This document shows positions 19,974 through 29,409 of a stretch of DNA of 64,000 nt, piece by piece. Numbering within the stretch: position 1 is the first letter of the stretch; each line of letters begins with the position of its first letter. The position numbers and the translations under genes were made by a program. The notes beneath the pieces were generated by a model. It did not search any database. It had not been told where the DNA came from and was given only the letters and a program-made list of their open reading frames with translations. Source of the stretch: a virus; the IMG/VR virus record IMGVR_UViG_3300035660_000001, positions 96,140 to 160,139 of that record; one strand, 5' to 3'.

Positions 19974-21044
19974 ATGTCACACAATCTGATGGAGAGAGCG
20001 GACGGAAAAGGGCACAGCATGTTCTGGTTTGGGGAGTCGCCCTGGCACGGTTTGGGGACTCAGCTGAACGGCCCGGCCACGTCCAAAGAGGCCATCACAG
20101 CCGCAGGGCTTGACTGGCCAGTTAAGAAGTATGAGCTGTTCGCCCAAGAGGAAGGGGAAGGCGATCCGTCCTTGCAACCCTGTCTGCGGGTCCCGGACAA
20201 GTTCGCTACCGTTCGTGAGGACGGGGACAAGCGGGTTGTCCTGGGCGTGGTGGGGAAGCAGTATACCCCACTGCAGAATACGGAAGCCTTCGGCTTCTTC
20301 GACAACATCGTGGGGGAGGGTCAGGCGATCTACCACACAGCCGGGGCCCTGGGCCAGGGCGAACGCATCTGGGTCCTGGTCAAGCTTCCGGACAGCATCC
20401 GGGTTCTCAAGGGGGACGTGGTCGACAAGTACCTCCTCCTTTACAACACCCACGATGGGTCCAGCTCGGTCGGTGTGAAGTTCACCCCGATCCGGGTCGT
20501 CTGTCAGAACACTCTGCAGATGGCGACGGGGGACGGGAAGAAGGCTTACAAGGTTCGGCACTTCCCGGACGTGGCCGTCAACCTCGACAAGGTGGCCGAT
20601 CTGATGGGCATCGTGCGGAAGTCCTACGATCAGATCGAAGAGCTCATTAGGGAGACCGCCAAGGTTCCCATGAACAACGAGCGGGCCGTGAACTACTTCA
20701 AGGCCGTTGTTCTCGACGATCCGAAGGCTGTGAGCCCGGACGAAATCCGGCGCAACGATCGCAACGCCTTCATCCGGAACGAGATGATGAGGCTGGCGAA
20801 CGAAGGCCGGGGATCGAACATCCCTGGTGTCAGGGGGTCGCTGTGGGGCGCCCTGAACGGCGTGACGGAGTTCGTGGACTACCAGGACACCCGCAGGGGC
20901 GGGGGAGAGGGACGCCTCGAGCGCATCTTGTTCGGGACGGGCTCGGACCTCAAAGCGAGGGGTTTCGCGATGGCCACGAAGATCGTGGACGACGGGCCGG
21001 ATGCCCTCGACGCCATCCTGAAGAACGCCTACAAGGGCGCGTAA
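19974..21044 (+). CDS. DUF932-family phage/plasmid protein
   Basis: PWHGLG, AGLDW, HDGS, TPIRVVCQNT, WGALNGVTE. Confidence 0.9.
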   Translation: MSHNLMERADGKGHSMFWFGESPWHGLGTQLNGPATSKEAITAAGLDWPVKKYELFAQEEGEGDPSLQPCLRVPDKFATVREDGDKRVVLGVVGKQYTPLQNTEAFGFFDNIVGEGQAIYHTAGALGQGERIWVLVKLPDSIRVLKGDVVDKYLLLYNTHDGSSSVGVKFTPIRVVCQNTLQMATGDGKKAYKVRHFPDVAVNLDKVADLMGIVRKSYDQIEELIRETAKVPMNNERAVNYFKAVVLDDPKAVSPDEIRRNDRNAFIRNEMMRLANEGRGSNIPGVRGSLWGALNGVTEFVDYQDTRRGGGEGRLERILFGTGSDLKARGFAMATKIVDDGPDALDAILKNAYKGA

Positions 21045-21110
21045 TCGATCTGAGGAGGAATGGGGAGGGACGGTTCGCCGCCCCTCCCCTAACCCATTCA
21101 GGAGAATAAC

Positions 21111-21773
21111 ATGAGCGGCTACGACCTTACCGAGAAGTTACTGAAGATCAAGTCCGGCGTCCCTGCCGGGAAGTCCGGATCGTGGGAGGTGGAGAAGTTC
21201 ACGATCACGGAGGCCGAAGCGAAGTTTGAAAGGATGCGCCACACGGTCCAGGCTATGCAGGGTCGGGGGTTCCGGGCTCCGGATCCCGGGAACTATACGA
21301 AGCTCACAAGGAACGGTGAGTGCATCATGTCAGACACCACTGCGGAGATGGAGGACATGCGATCCCTGGTTAATCGTGCGGAGGGCAACGTCCTCATCCA
21401 CGGCCTCGGCCTCGGGTTGGCCACGGAGATCTGCCTACAGCATCCTGCGGTCAAGTCCGTCACCGTGATCGAGCGGTCGGAGGACGTGCTCAAGCTTGTG
21501 GAGCCCTATCTTACAGGGAAATACTCAGCCTCAGATGGCCGTCACCAATATCCGCAGGGTCGGTGTCTTACCATCATCCAGGCCGACGCCTTCGTGTGGC
21601 GTCCCCCGAAGGGTGTGGTCTACGAGACCATCTGGAGCGACATCTGGGACAACCTCTGCACGGACAACATCGCCGAGTTCACGAAGCTCCGGAGGATTTA
21701 CTGCCGGAAGAAGAAGTGGCATGGCTTCTGGTGTGAGACGGACGTTCAGCGCCTCAAGATGAGAGGATGGTAG
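21111..21773 (+). CDS. Class I SAM-dependent methyltransferase-like protein
   Basis: VLIHGLGLG, VTVIE, ADAF, DIW. Confidence 0.7.
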   Translation: MSGYDLTEKLLKIKSGVPAGKSGSWEVEKFTITEAEAKFERMRHTVQAMQGRGFRAPDPGNYTKLTRNGECIMSDTTAEMEDMRSLVNRAEGNVLIHGLGLGLATEICLQHPAVKSVTVIERSEDVLKLVEPYLTGKYSASDGRHQYPQGRCLTIIQADAFVWRPPKGVVYETIWSDIWDNLCTDNIAEFTKLRRIYCRKKKWHGFWCETDVQRLKMRGW

Positions 21774-21775
21774 AG

Positions 21776-22072
21776 ATGAAACACCTACCATTATCCCGGC
21801 CAGCCTGCGGGTCGCATCGGAAAGTCCGGGGCGAGGTCATCAAGGTCGTGAAGGCCAGAAACTGCAAGGCTGGGCCCTTCGAGATGAAGTCCTACTTCTA
21901 CCCCGGCCACAAGATCGTTCGTGACCGCTACGGTCGGACGTATGATTTCATCGACGGGAGCATCCACGGACTCAGTGCGAATTTTAAGAAGGGAACGAAG
22001 GTGTGGGTCCAGGTGCAGTGGGGCCCGTCCTACAGCCTGCCCTTCGCCTGGATCCGGAAGGACGGCGAATGA
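21776..22072 (+). CDS. Hypothetical protein
   Basis: ORF in tightly packed operon. Confidence 0.55.
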   Translation: MKHLPLSRPACGSHRKVRGEVIKVVKARNCKAGPFEMKSYFYPGHKIVRDRYGRTYDFIDGSIHGLSANFKKGTKVWVQVQWGPSYSLPFAWIRKDGE

Positions 22073-22317
22073 GAAATAGTGAATTCAAACACAATCGGGC
22101 GAAGGCTGGCGGGAAGGGCTATGCCGCATCTCGCAGACGCCGGGCCCCTCTTCGGAAGGTCGTGATGGAGCTCGTCGGCGGCATGGAGCGTCTTGAATGC
22201 GGGCATGAGATTTACCCGCCTCGGGACATGATAGGCCGGACGAACGCGAACGCAAGACGATGTCTGAAGTGCCTGATGGAGAAAGATCAAATTCTAAAAG
22301 AGGAGGTTCAGTCATGA
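22069..22317 (+). CDS. Hypothetical zinc-ribbon protein
   Basis: LECGH...RRCLKC; ATGA coupling. Confidence 0.6.
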   Translation: MRNSEFKHNRAKAGGKGYAASRRRRAPLRKVVMELVGGMERLECGHEIYPPRDMIGRTNANARRCLKCLMEKDQILKEEVQS

Positions 22318-23081
22318 AGAAGTTCCTGTTAGTAATCGCAGTGCTCGTGATGAGCGCAACCGCTTATGCGGCGGACACCCTCACGACGTTCGCCAACATG
22401 GAGAGCACCTACGTCGCTTACAACGTGAGGTACATCTGGGGTTGGCAAACTCCTTACGGAGGTTATCTGTTTCGGGCGGATTCAGTTCACTTTGTCTCGC
22501 CGAGTCACAGCCTACGGTTTCCGGGGAGTAATACAGATGTAGCAAAGAACTTCCTGAAGGTTCCGTCCATTCACGGGCCTGGAACCTACCAGGTGCATCT
22601 TAACGTGAAAGTGAAGTTAGTGAATATCGGGCGAACGAATGATTCAACCTGGGTTTCCTACACGGGGATAAGGGGGTTCTGCAGGGACAGCAACCCTGGT
22701 GGGCCTACGATGTGGGAGGCGTGGCGAACGGACACCCTGCCATACGACACGCTTTGGCATATCCTGGACGAGGACTTGATGACCATTGTCCTGAAGACGG
22801 GGGACTCTCTCCGGGTGAGGGATACATTGAGCCAGATTACCATTGCGAGGCTGTCTGTCGGAGACAGCTCCTGCGTGGACGATGCTTACCTTACGGGGAC
22901 GTTCACGCTCAACGGAGTGGAGGAGGGTCCAGCGGAGCCGAAGGCTACGGTCCACGTCAGCGGCTTGAGGCCGGGGATTTACGATCTCCTGGGCCGCCGG
23001 GTCGATCAGATGGAGCACTGCGGGATCTACTTCGTGGTCGGTCGTGACGGATCCCGGACGAAGGTCGTTCATCTACGGTAA
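22314..23081 (+). CDS. Secreted protein with signal peptide and T9SS/FlgD-like C-terminal domain
   Basis: MKKFLLVIAVLVMSATAYA signal; tail GVEE...IYDLLGRRV...GIYFV...KVVHLR. Confidence 0.7.
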   Translation: MKKFLLVIAVLVMSATAYAADTLTTFANMESTYVAYNVRYIWGWQTPYGGYLFRADSVHFVSPSHSLRFPGSNTDVAKNFLKVPSIHGPGTYQVHLNVKVKLVNIGRTNDSTWVSYTGIRGFCRDSNPGGPTMWEAWRTDTLPYDTLWHILDEDLMTIVLKTGDSLRVRDTLSQITIARLSVGDSSCVDDAYLTGTFTLNGVEEGPAEPKATVHVSGLRPGIYDLLGRRVDQMEHCGIYFVVGRDGSRTKVVHLR

Positions 23082-23085
23082 TGCC

Positions 23086-24246
23086 ATGAGCGTAATCTTA
23101 GAAGTCGTCTACGATCCGTCGAAGCGGAAACTGCGGGTGCGACCGCAGGGCAGGGATGGCTGGGTTCAGTTCCCGAACGGCCTCCGGACGGAAGGCGCTC
23201 GTTACGAGGTGGACGATCTCAAGGCCGATCCCACAGGTTTCTACCGTGTGGTCGGGTCGATCCGGCCTTGCACCTCTCGACCCGTCACCTTAGAGGCCAC
23301 GACGCCACACCTCGTGAAGGCGGCTAAGGTGGTCGAAGCCCGGAGCGTCGATCAGGTCGCCCGGAGCACCTACATGGGATGCAAGGGACAGACGCCGAGC
23401 GATCTGCTCGGGGACTACGATGAGGGCTACATCGCCGATCTGAAGCTCGACGGGAACTGGGGTGAGTTCCGGTTTGATCACCAATGCAGGTTGCGGGTGA
23501 CTTCCCGATCGGGCATGGATGCCACCAACCGGAAGGGTATCCGGGAGTGCGTGGAGCGATTGGAGGCCTCGGCCTTGAAGTGCAGACTGCACGACACGAT
23601 TCTGATCGTGGAGAACATGATTGGGACGCAGATCGGGGTCAAGGCTCAGGAGGAGTTCGGGTTTGCCCCAAACATCGTATTCGATGTGATCGGGGTCCAG
23701 GGAAAGAACCTCTGCGACGCCTTCCTGATGGATCGGAGGCGCCAGCAGGAGGAGATCGTTCGGAAACTTCAGGCCCATCTGCCGGAGGGGATGCTTCGGA
23801 ACGTGGAGTGGTGGGACGGCAAGTTCAAGACCCAATACGACAAGATCATCGCCCGGGGCGGGGAGGGGCTTGTCCTCAAGCTCAAGAATTCGATCTACCG
23901 ATCCGGGATCGACTCGCCGGACTGGATCAAGTGCAAGAAGGAAGTGGAGTCCGACATGGTTCTGATGGGCGTGACCTTCTCGGATGCGAAATCCTATGTC
24001 GGCGAGGGCCTGATCAAGTGCATCCGGGTCGGGATGTTCAGGGACGGAGAGCTCGTTCACGTCAACGATGTCGGGGCGATGACCGTGGAAGATCGCCGCT
24101 GGTTCACCAAGAACTGGAAGGCTAACGTCGGGAAGCTCGTGGTGGAAATCCACGGCTGGGAGCGGTTCGAGTCCGGAGCCCTCCGGCATCCGGCGTTCAG
24201 GCGTATCCGCACGGACAAGAGAGCAGAGGAGTGCATCCTATCATGA
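23086..24246 (+). CDS. ATP-dependent DNA ligase with extra N-terminal domain
   Basis: KLDG (motif I), FDV, EGLVLK, WIKCK, LRHPAFRRIRTDK. Confidence 0.9.
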   Translation: MSVILEVVYDPSKRKLRVRPQGRDGWVQFPNGLRTEGARYEVDDLKADPTGFYRVVGSIRPCTSRPVTLEATTPHLVKAAKVVEARSVDQVARSTYMGCKGQTPSDLLGDYDEGYIADLKLDGNWGEFRFDHQCRLRVTSRSGMDATNRKGIRECVERLEASALKCRLHDTILIVENMIGTQIGVKAQEEFGFAPNIVFDVIGVQGKNLCDAFLMDRRRQQEEIVRKLQAHLPEGMLRNVEWWDGKFKTQYDKIIARGGEGLVLKLKNSIYRSGIDSPDWIKCKKEVESDMVLMGVTFSDAKSYVGEGLIKCIRVGMFRDGELVHVNDVGAMTVEDRRWFTKNWKANVGKLVVEIHGWERFESGALRHPAFRRIRTDKRAEECILS

Positions 24247-24566
24247 GCGTCATTCTGGAATGCGTCTATGATGACGTGAAGCACAAACTGCGGGTCCGCC
24301 CGCAGGACAGGAACGGCTGGGTCCAGTTTCCGAAGGGCCTTCGCAGGGAGGGGGCTCTGTTTGAGGTCGACGATCTCAAGCATGATGCCCGGGGCTTCTG
24401 GCACGTGGTCGGGGATATCCGTCCCTGCACGTCCCTACGGAGGGAGATGGAGAGGACGGAGCGTCGGCCTGCACCCCGGCCTACGGTGCGAGCTCGGGGG
24501 CGGGATGCCCAATCGCCCGTCCCTACCGATGATGACGCACCGTTCGGCGTTGTGGGGGGCTTGTGA
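24243..24566 (+). CDS. Stand-alone copy of ligase N-terminal domain, with FGVVGGL tail
   Basis: MSVILE.VYD...KLRVRPQ...GWVQFP.GLR shared with the 23086 ORF. Confidence 0.75.
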   Translation: MSVILECVYDDVKHKLRVRPQDRNGWVQFPKGLRREGALFEVDDLKHDARGFWHVVGDIRPCTSLRREMERTERRPAPRPTVRARGRDAQSPVPTDDDAPFGVVGGL

Positions 24567-24587
24567 GGCCACGATCTGCAGGTCTTG

Positions 24588-24624
24588 GGGTTTACAGTAT
24601 CCCCTACGGGGATACTGTAAACCC
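24588..24624. terminator. Perfect 17-bp hairpin (terminator or processing site)
   Basis: GGGTTTACAGTATCCCC-TAC-GGGGATACTGTAAACCC; no U-tract. Confidence 0.55.
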
Positions 24625-24688
24625 TGGGTGGATAGTGCACGAAGATGCCCTACTTGGAAAAGATTTTTAAGAATTCTCGTCAAAGCCC

Positions 24689-24717
24689 TTGACTGTCAAT
24701 CTGAGGTATGTTATAAT
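24689..24717 (+). promoter_or_regulatory. sigma70-type early promoter
   Basis: TTGACT-17bp-TATAAT; upstream AAAGATTTTTAAGAATT. Confidence 0.85.
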
Positions 24718-24768
24718 ATAACCGTAGTCAGAAGGTAATCCCCTAACCCCAAGTAGGAGGAGAGCAAG

Positions 24769-25086
24769 ATGTCAGACGTGAAGATCAGCAGGACGCAGAC
24801 CATCGTGGGTTATGACTTTCGGAGCGGCATCGATTCCGGCCTAGACATTTTCAGAGGCCGGGGAGAGATGCTCGACGAAGGCAAAGCTCCGGTGGTCTTT
24901 ACCTGGGAAGCCCGGAAGGACGGAAAGAAGGCCCACCTGAGCGTGGCCATCATCCTTCCGAAGAACGCCCCAGAGGAAATGGCGGACATTACTAAGAGGC
25001 TGTATCCGGCCATTCTCGACAGCATCAAGCCTCCCAGAAAATCCCGCAAGGCTTTCAAAATCCACGTCGGCGAAGAGAGGAGCTAG
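24769..25086 (+). CDS. Hypothetical protein
   Basis: Strong SD. Confidence 0.6.
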   Translation: MSDVKISRTQTIVGYDFRSGIDSGLDIFRGRGEMLDEGKAPVVFTWEARKDGKKAHLSVAIILPKNAPEEMADITKRLYPAILDSIKPPRKSRKAFKIHVGEERS

Positions 25087-25088
25087 CC

Positions 25089-25409
25089 ATGACCCCGAAG
25101 ACAGCGAAGGACTTCACAAGGTGGATGGCCCCGAGGCTTCTCGAGACGCTCGAGGGCGAAGAGATCAGGCTGTTCATGACTTCCCCTGGCGCTCACAAGG
25201 AGTTCGGGGGGCAGGAGCCCTACAACGGAGTCATCGCAGTGAAGGGCGGCCATCTTATGTTCGACGGGACGGATCGGGGGCGGATCTCGAGTGCCCTGGC
25301 GATGTCCCTGTTCAGAGATGCGTTCTACGGTCAGTTCGGATACCTGCCGGGATCCCAGCGGGCGGTCCAGGCCATGCACGAAGAATTCGGGTCACCGAAA
25401 GGAGTATGA
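25089..25409 (+). CDS. Hypothetical protein
   Basis: SD GAGGAG. Confidence 0.55.
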   Translation: MTPKTAKDFTRWMAPRLLETLEGEEIRLFMTSPGAHKEFGGQEPYNGVIAVKGGHLMFDGTDRGRISSALAMSLFRDAFYGQFGYLPGSQRAVQAMHEEFGSPKGV

Positions 25410-25413
25410 AGCC

Positions 25414-25839
25414 ATGAAGCAGAACGACGTCGGAATCAACATCCAGCCGCCCGAGCAGGCGGTGGGGTCGCTCAGGGACGATCTCAAGAGGTGGCTGACC
25501 GTGAAGGCCAACCTCAGCGACATGCGGAAGGAAGTCGAGCGGCTCGAGGAGATCGAAGAGGGTATCCGGAGGGCGCTCGCTCCCGAGATCATGACCTTCC
25601 CCAACCAGCAGGTGGCGGTTGGAGATAGCACGATCGTGGCGTCGATCGCCCACAGGGACTCGCCCAAGTATAAGGATGCCTTCGAGCTCGCCCTCACGAA
25701 GGTCAATGAGGCGACGCAGGCCATCATAGCCGACGCCCTGGCCTCGACGATGGGTCACAGCGAGTGGCCGGAGCTCAAGGTCAAAGCCGGGAAGAAGCTC
25801 AAGGTCAAGGCCATCGTGGGAACGGTTCAGGTAGCCTGA
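25414..25839 (+). CDS. Hypothetical coiled-coil protein
   Basis: SD AAGGAG; heptad-like segment. Confidence 0.6.
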   Translation: MKQNDVGINIQPPEQAVGSLRDDLKRWLTVKANLSDMRKEVERLEEIEEGIRRALAPEIMTFPNQQVAVGDSTIVASIAHRDSPKYKDAFELALTKVNEATQAIIADALASTMGHSEWPELKVKAGKKLKVKAIVGTVQVA

Positions 25840-25983
25840 GAGCCGAGGGGTGCGGGGGCGACCTCGCAAGACGGTGTGCGTATCCGACACCATGACGCAG
25901 AGTCCACCCCCGCACTAAGGCCACGCAGGATATCCCAAGTAACCTGCAGGCGAAGTTAACCCCAAGTAAAAGGAGAGACGGAG

Positions 25984-26379
25984 ATGAAGTTCAGAGATTC
26001 ATACGGAGAGTTCAAAACGAAGGTGAAGGATGCCTTCGTGGCGCTGAGGAAGCAGGGCTATCAGTGCCGGATGAATTTCATGTGCTGTCAGTCATGCGGC
26101 TGGGCGGCTCTCTCGACTGAGGGCGAGAGAGCGGTCTTCTGGCACAGGCAGGACACCGAAGGCTACAACGATCAGGAGCCCGGCCTCTACATGGCTTGGA
26201 GCGGTGACGGAAACGAAATTAAGAAAGCTCTTGAGGACGCAGGGCTGAAGGTGGAGTGGGACGGAACCCGTGACGGGCGCATCTGGGTCGAGCTAAAGCC
26301 TGCGCTTGAAATCAAGCCGGTGCTCATGCCCCAGAGCGAGGCATACCTTCGGACGATGGCTCTTTCGATCGGCGCGTAA
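25984..26379 (+). CDS. DUF6891-like protein
   Basis: AF.ALRKQG...NFMCCQSCG...FWHRQD...GLKVEWDG pattern. Confidence 0.6.
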   Translation: MKFRDSYGEFKTKVKDAFVALRKQGYQCRMNFMCCQSCGWAALSTEGERAVFWHRQDTEGYNDQEPGLYMAWSGDGNEIKKALEDAGLKVEWDGTRDGRIWVELKPALEIKPVLMPQSEAYLRTMALSIGA

Positions 26380-26407
26380 CGATAACCCCAAGAGAGGAGA
26401 GACGACA

Positions 26408-26962
26408 ATGGGAGTGGATGCGAAGGTGAACTTAGACCCGAGAACCGAAGTGCGGAAGGTTTCGGAAGTACTCGGGAAAATCCTGGGCTGTGAGAGCTCG
26501 ATCCAACCCCTTCCTGGGGGCGGGGGAGAGTATCACATCTACGTCGACGTTCAGGGCGCGAAGGTGAGGCCGTCCAACGAAGTAACCTGTTGCTATATCG
26601 ATGTCGACAACGGCAGGGGCTACGCCCACAGCTTTCTGTATCACTTCGAAGGCTACGACGGGGGTCGGCTGATTATGGGCGGGTCGACGGCGACGAACAT
26701 CGCCATCTTCCGGCGCCTGGCGGACTTCTTCGGAGGGACGGTCGACTACAACGACTGCGACAGCAAGAAGGTGAACTACCGATGCCAGCCCCTGCCCTTC
26801 GCCTTCGCAGACGACGACGAGGATTGGGCGAAGCTCCAGAGGGAGATCAATGGGGTCCAGCCGCTCACCCTGCACGAGGTCAAGAAGTTCGATCGGTACG
26901 CCGGGTATCCCTGGGATCGGGACGAGGAGGAAACACTCAAGAGGATCAGCGGGGAGGCGTGA
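26408..26962 (+). CDS. Hypothetical phage protein
   Basis: SD GAGGAG; FGGTVDYNDCD motif. Confidence 0.6.
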   Translation: MGVDAKVNLDPRTEVRKVSEVLGKILGCESSIQPLPGGGGEYHIYVDVQGAKVRPSNEVTCCYIDVDNGRGYAHSFLYHFEGYDGGRLIMGGSTATNIAIFRRLADFFGGTVDYNDCDSKKVNYRCQPLPFAFADDDEDWAKLQREINGVQPLTLHEVKKFDRYAGYPWDRDEEETLKRISGEA

Positions 26963-27210
26963 TGCGGAAAGCCCGGATCATTAAAATAACCCCGGAGTTC
27001 GATGAGAATGTCCGCAGTCGCAACCTTTTCAGGGTTACTTATCGGGGGTGGGACGGCCAGGAGTGGTTCGGAGATAATACCTGGGAGGACGTCCGACTTC
27101 AGAAGATCTGCGAGAGGTTGATCGATGCCGGATTCAAGGAAGAGGATTTGAGAGAGTTCGAAGAGGCGGTCCGGGAGCTCGTGGATTGTGAACGAGAATA
27201 TCAGGACTGA
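26962..27210 (+). CDS. Hypothetical protein
   Basis: TGATG coupling. Confidence 0.5.
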   Translation: MRKARIIKITPEFDENVRSRNLFRVTYRGWDGQEWFGDNTWEDVRLQKICERLIDAGFKEEDLREFEEAVRELVDCEREYQD

Positions 27211-27224
27211 GGGAGGAATAGATT

Positions 27225-27416
27225 ATGGTGAAGCGATTCGACGTAATGATTAGGCAGGGCTTCATCAGGAGATGGCGCCGTTCCGTGACGATGAGGAAGG
27301 CGTTGAAGCTCGGCGTTCCACGGCTGGCGGTGTCGGATCTCGATGTGATGGACGAATATGCTGAGGGTGAGGATCTCGGCAAGCCGGATAATCTCCGGGT
27401 GATAAGAGTGCAGTGA
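27225..27416 (+). CDS. Hypothetical protein
   Basis: SD GGAGG. Confidence 0.5.
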   Translation: MVKRFDVMIRQGFIRRWRRSVTMRKALKLGVPRLAVSDLDVMDEYAEGEDLGKPDNLRVIRVQ

Positions 27417-27451
27417 TAATTAAAATTTTGAAGGATAGGAGGTGAATCATA

Positions 27452-27802
27452 ATGTCCAATAAGAAGTCCGCAGACGCATATCGTGATCGGGTGATCGCCT
27501 TGCACAAGGAGGGCAAGAAGGATTCCCAGATCGTTCGGGATCTGAAGATCTCGAGAGGCATGGTGTGGAGAATCATGAAGGCTTTCAAGAAGGGCGGGCA
27601 CGTGGCCAAGCCGGGATCCAAGAAGGCCGCTCCGAAGGCCCAACCGAAAGCGAAGGCCGAGGCCAAGAAGCCGGAGGCAAAACCGGAGGCCCCGAAAGCG
27701 GAATCCGCAAAGGCCGATCCGAAGGCTCAGGTCGTGGACGCCGACAAGGCTCGGGCGGAGGCCAAGCTGAGAGGCGCCAAGGTCACAGCCAAAGGTCTAT
27801 AG
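27452..27802 (+). CDS. HTH DNA-binding protein with Lys/Ala/Pro-rich tail
   Basis: SQIVRDLKISRGMVWRI HTH; SD AGGAGGTGA. Confidence 0.7.
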   Translation: MSNKKSADAYRDRVIALHKEGKKDSQIVRDLKISRGMVWRIMKAFKKGGHVAKPGSKKAAPKAQPKAKAEAKKPEAKPEAPKAESAKADPKAQVVDADKARAEAKLRGAKVTAKGL

Positions 27803-27899
27803 CCGATGGGGTGCGGGGTCATCCCCGCACTTAAGGCACAAGGCAGGTCCAAAGTCCTGCCCTGGATCTAACCCCAATACCCGGTCTGAAGGAGATGCG

Positions 27900-28130
27900 A
27901 TGGCGAGAGAACAAAAACGACAGGAAGTGAAGGACGCCCTCTGGCGGCTTGACGAAGAAGTTTCCCGGCTATCCGGAGAAGCTTCTCGGAGAGTTGGTGA
28001 GGCGTGGAAGGCTTACGTCGAGCACGAGAAGGACTGGCGTAAGCACCTCAAACACGCCGGGGTCGCCTTGAGAGATGCGGAAAATAAAGTAAGTATGGCG
28101 TGGGAATCACTCGACGTGAAAGACTTATAG
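27900..28130 (+). CDS. Hypothetical protein
   Basis: SD AAGGAG. Confidence 0.55.
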   Translation: MAREQKRQEVKDALWRLDEEVSRLSGEASRRVGEAWKAYVEHEKDWRKHLKHAGVALRDAENKVSMAWESLDVKDL

Positions 28131-28139
28131 GAGGATGTG

Positions 28140-28349
28140 ATGGGGCTGAATGATTCTCAGGGATGCTCGACAACCAAGACCCCCGGTCAGTTCGCCTACG
28201 ATGAATTCACATCGAAGTTCACAGGCCGGAGGATGGTGCAGTGGGACTACCGGGACAGCAAAGGCAATCTCTTCTCCGGGGTGGCCAAGTCCGTGGAGGC
28301 CGCCCGGGAGGTCGCTCGGAAACAATCTGGGGAGCCCGTAGAGGGCTAA
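28140..28349 (+). CDS. Hypothetical phage protein
   Basis: QWDYRDSKGNLFSGVA motif; SD AGGAGG. Confidence 0.6.
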   Translation: MGLNDSQGCSTTKTPGQFAYDEFTSKFTGRRMVQWDYRDSKGNLFSGVAKSVEAAREVARKQSGEPVEG

Positions 28350-28361
28350 AGGAGGCTGTAG

Positions 28362-28688
28362 GTGCTTACGCTCGTTCTGGTGGGGGTTTCCCTCCTACTC
28401 CTGGTGATCGCCCGCCTGTGGGCTTACAGGAGGCTAAAAAGGGGGGTAAACGCCTCTACCCAGCGGGTGCTCAGAGCGTGGGACTGGGGGAGGCTGATCC
28501 TGCTGAGCCTGGGGGGCGTGGCTTCCGTGATCGGGGGCGGTCTGTGGGCTTGGGGCCTAATGATCGTGGTGGTCATCCTGATTGAAGTGGCCATGCCCTT
28601 CGTGATGGTCAGTCCCCCGGATCGGTCCAACGGGAAGTGCAGGCGGCCTCCCCCGACCCGGGGCAACGAGAACAGAATAGTTCTATGA
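28362..28688 (+). CDS. Small membrane protein
   Basis: Two to three hydrophobic segments. Confidence 0.55.
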   Translation: MLTLVLVGVSLLLLVIARLWAYRRLKRGVNASTQRVLRAWDWGRLILLSLGGVASVIGGGLWAWGLMIVVVILIEVAMPFVMVSPPDRSNGKCRRPPPTRGNENRIVL

Positions 28689-28694
28689 AGGAAG

Positions 28695-28733
28695 CCCTGG
28701 CGGGTCCAGCGGGATTCGCCAGGGTAACTTTTT
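28695..28733 (+). terminator. Probable intrinsic terminator
   Basis: CCCTGGCGGGTCC/GGATTCGCCAGGG hairpin followed by TAACTTTTT. Confidence 0.6.
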
Positions 28734-28744
28734 AATGAACCCTC

Positions 28745-28773
28745 TTGACAATTACTTTGGAATCCGCTATAAT
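28745..28773 (+). promoter_or_regulatory. Consensus sigma70 promoter upstream of the operon containing Tas and the TIGR array
   Basis: TTGACA-17bp-TATAAT. Confidence 0.85.
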
Positions 28774-28881
28774 GTTAACCTCTGATGGATGTTCTTTACA
28801 AAGGAGTCGGTTGTGGTGTGATGGGGTGGATGTCCCTCTCGATAGGGAATTCACCCCATAACCTCATGAGGAAGATTTATT

Positions 28882-29409
28882 ATGGCTAGGATTTATCAGC
28901 GAAAGAAATTAAGGGTTGGCGACCACGTCGAAGTCCTTCAGATCCATTCCCAGTCCGATTATAGTTTCCTGGTCGGGACTCGGGGGGTCGTTAAGGGGGC
29001 CGGACATGCCGGGGCTTACGCCGTCCAGTTCTGCAAGAGACATCGGGATCTGAATACCTGTGATGGGTGTTGCCTTCCGGATCGTGGTCTGTGGCTTGGG
29101 AGGTCTCAGCTCAAGCTCGTGTCCGATCATCCCGTTTACTACCCATCCGATCAGGTGAGAAGGTCCCGGCGTAATGCGGCTCAGGCAGTTCCCCGGCGTC
29201 GTGTTCACAACGCCGACGAGCGGGAGGCTCTGGGGAGGCGTGGACGGGTCGGAACGGATCCCGTCAGCCAGGCCCGGGCGCATTATCGGAACACGGTAAG
29301 GACTCTAGCGATGGCCGCCGTCCAGATGGTCACCCGGAAGGAAAAGCAAAGGCGTTCTCGGAAACCGTCCCTGAACGAGGAGGGCTTCGGAGTGATCGGG
29401 GAGCTGTGA
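28882..29409 (+). CDS. SH3/KOW-like protein with FGVIGEL tail
   Basis: LRVGDHVEV...GTRGVV...YAVQF; shared C-terminal motif. Confidence 0.65.
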   Translation: MARIYQRKKLRVGDHVEVLQIHSQSDYSFLVGTRGVVKGAGHAGAYAVQFCKRHRDLNTCDGCCLPDRGLWLGRSQLKLVSDHPVYYPSDQVRRSRRNAAQAVPRRRVHNADEREALGRRGRVGTDPVSQARAHYRNTVRTLAMAAVQMVTRKEKQRRSRKPSLNEEGFGVIGEL

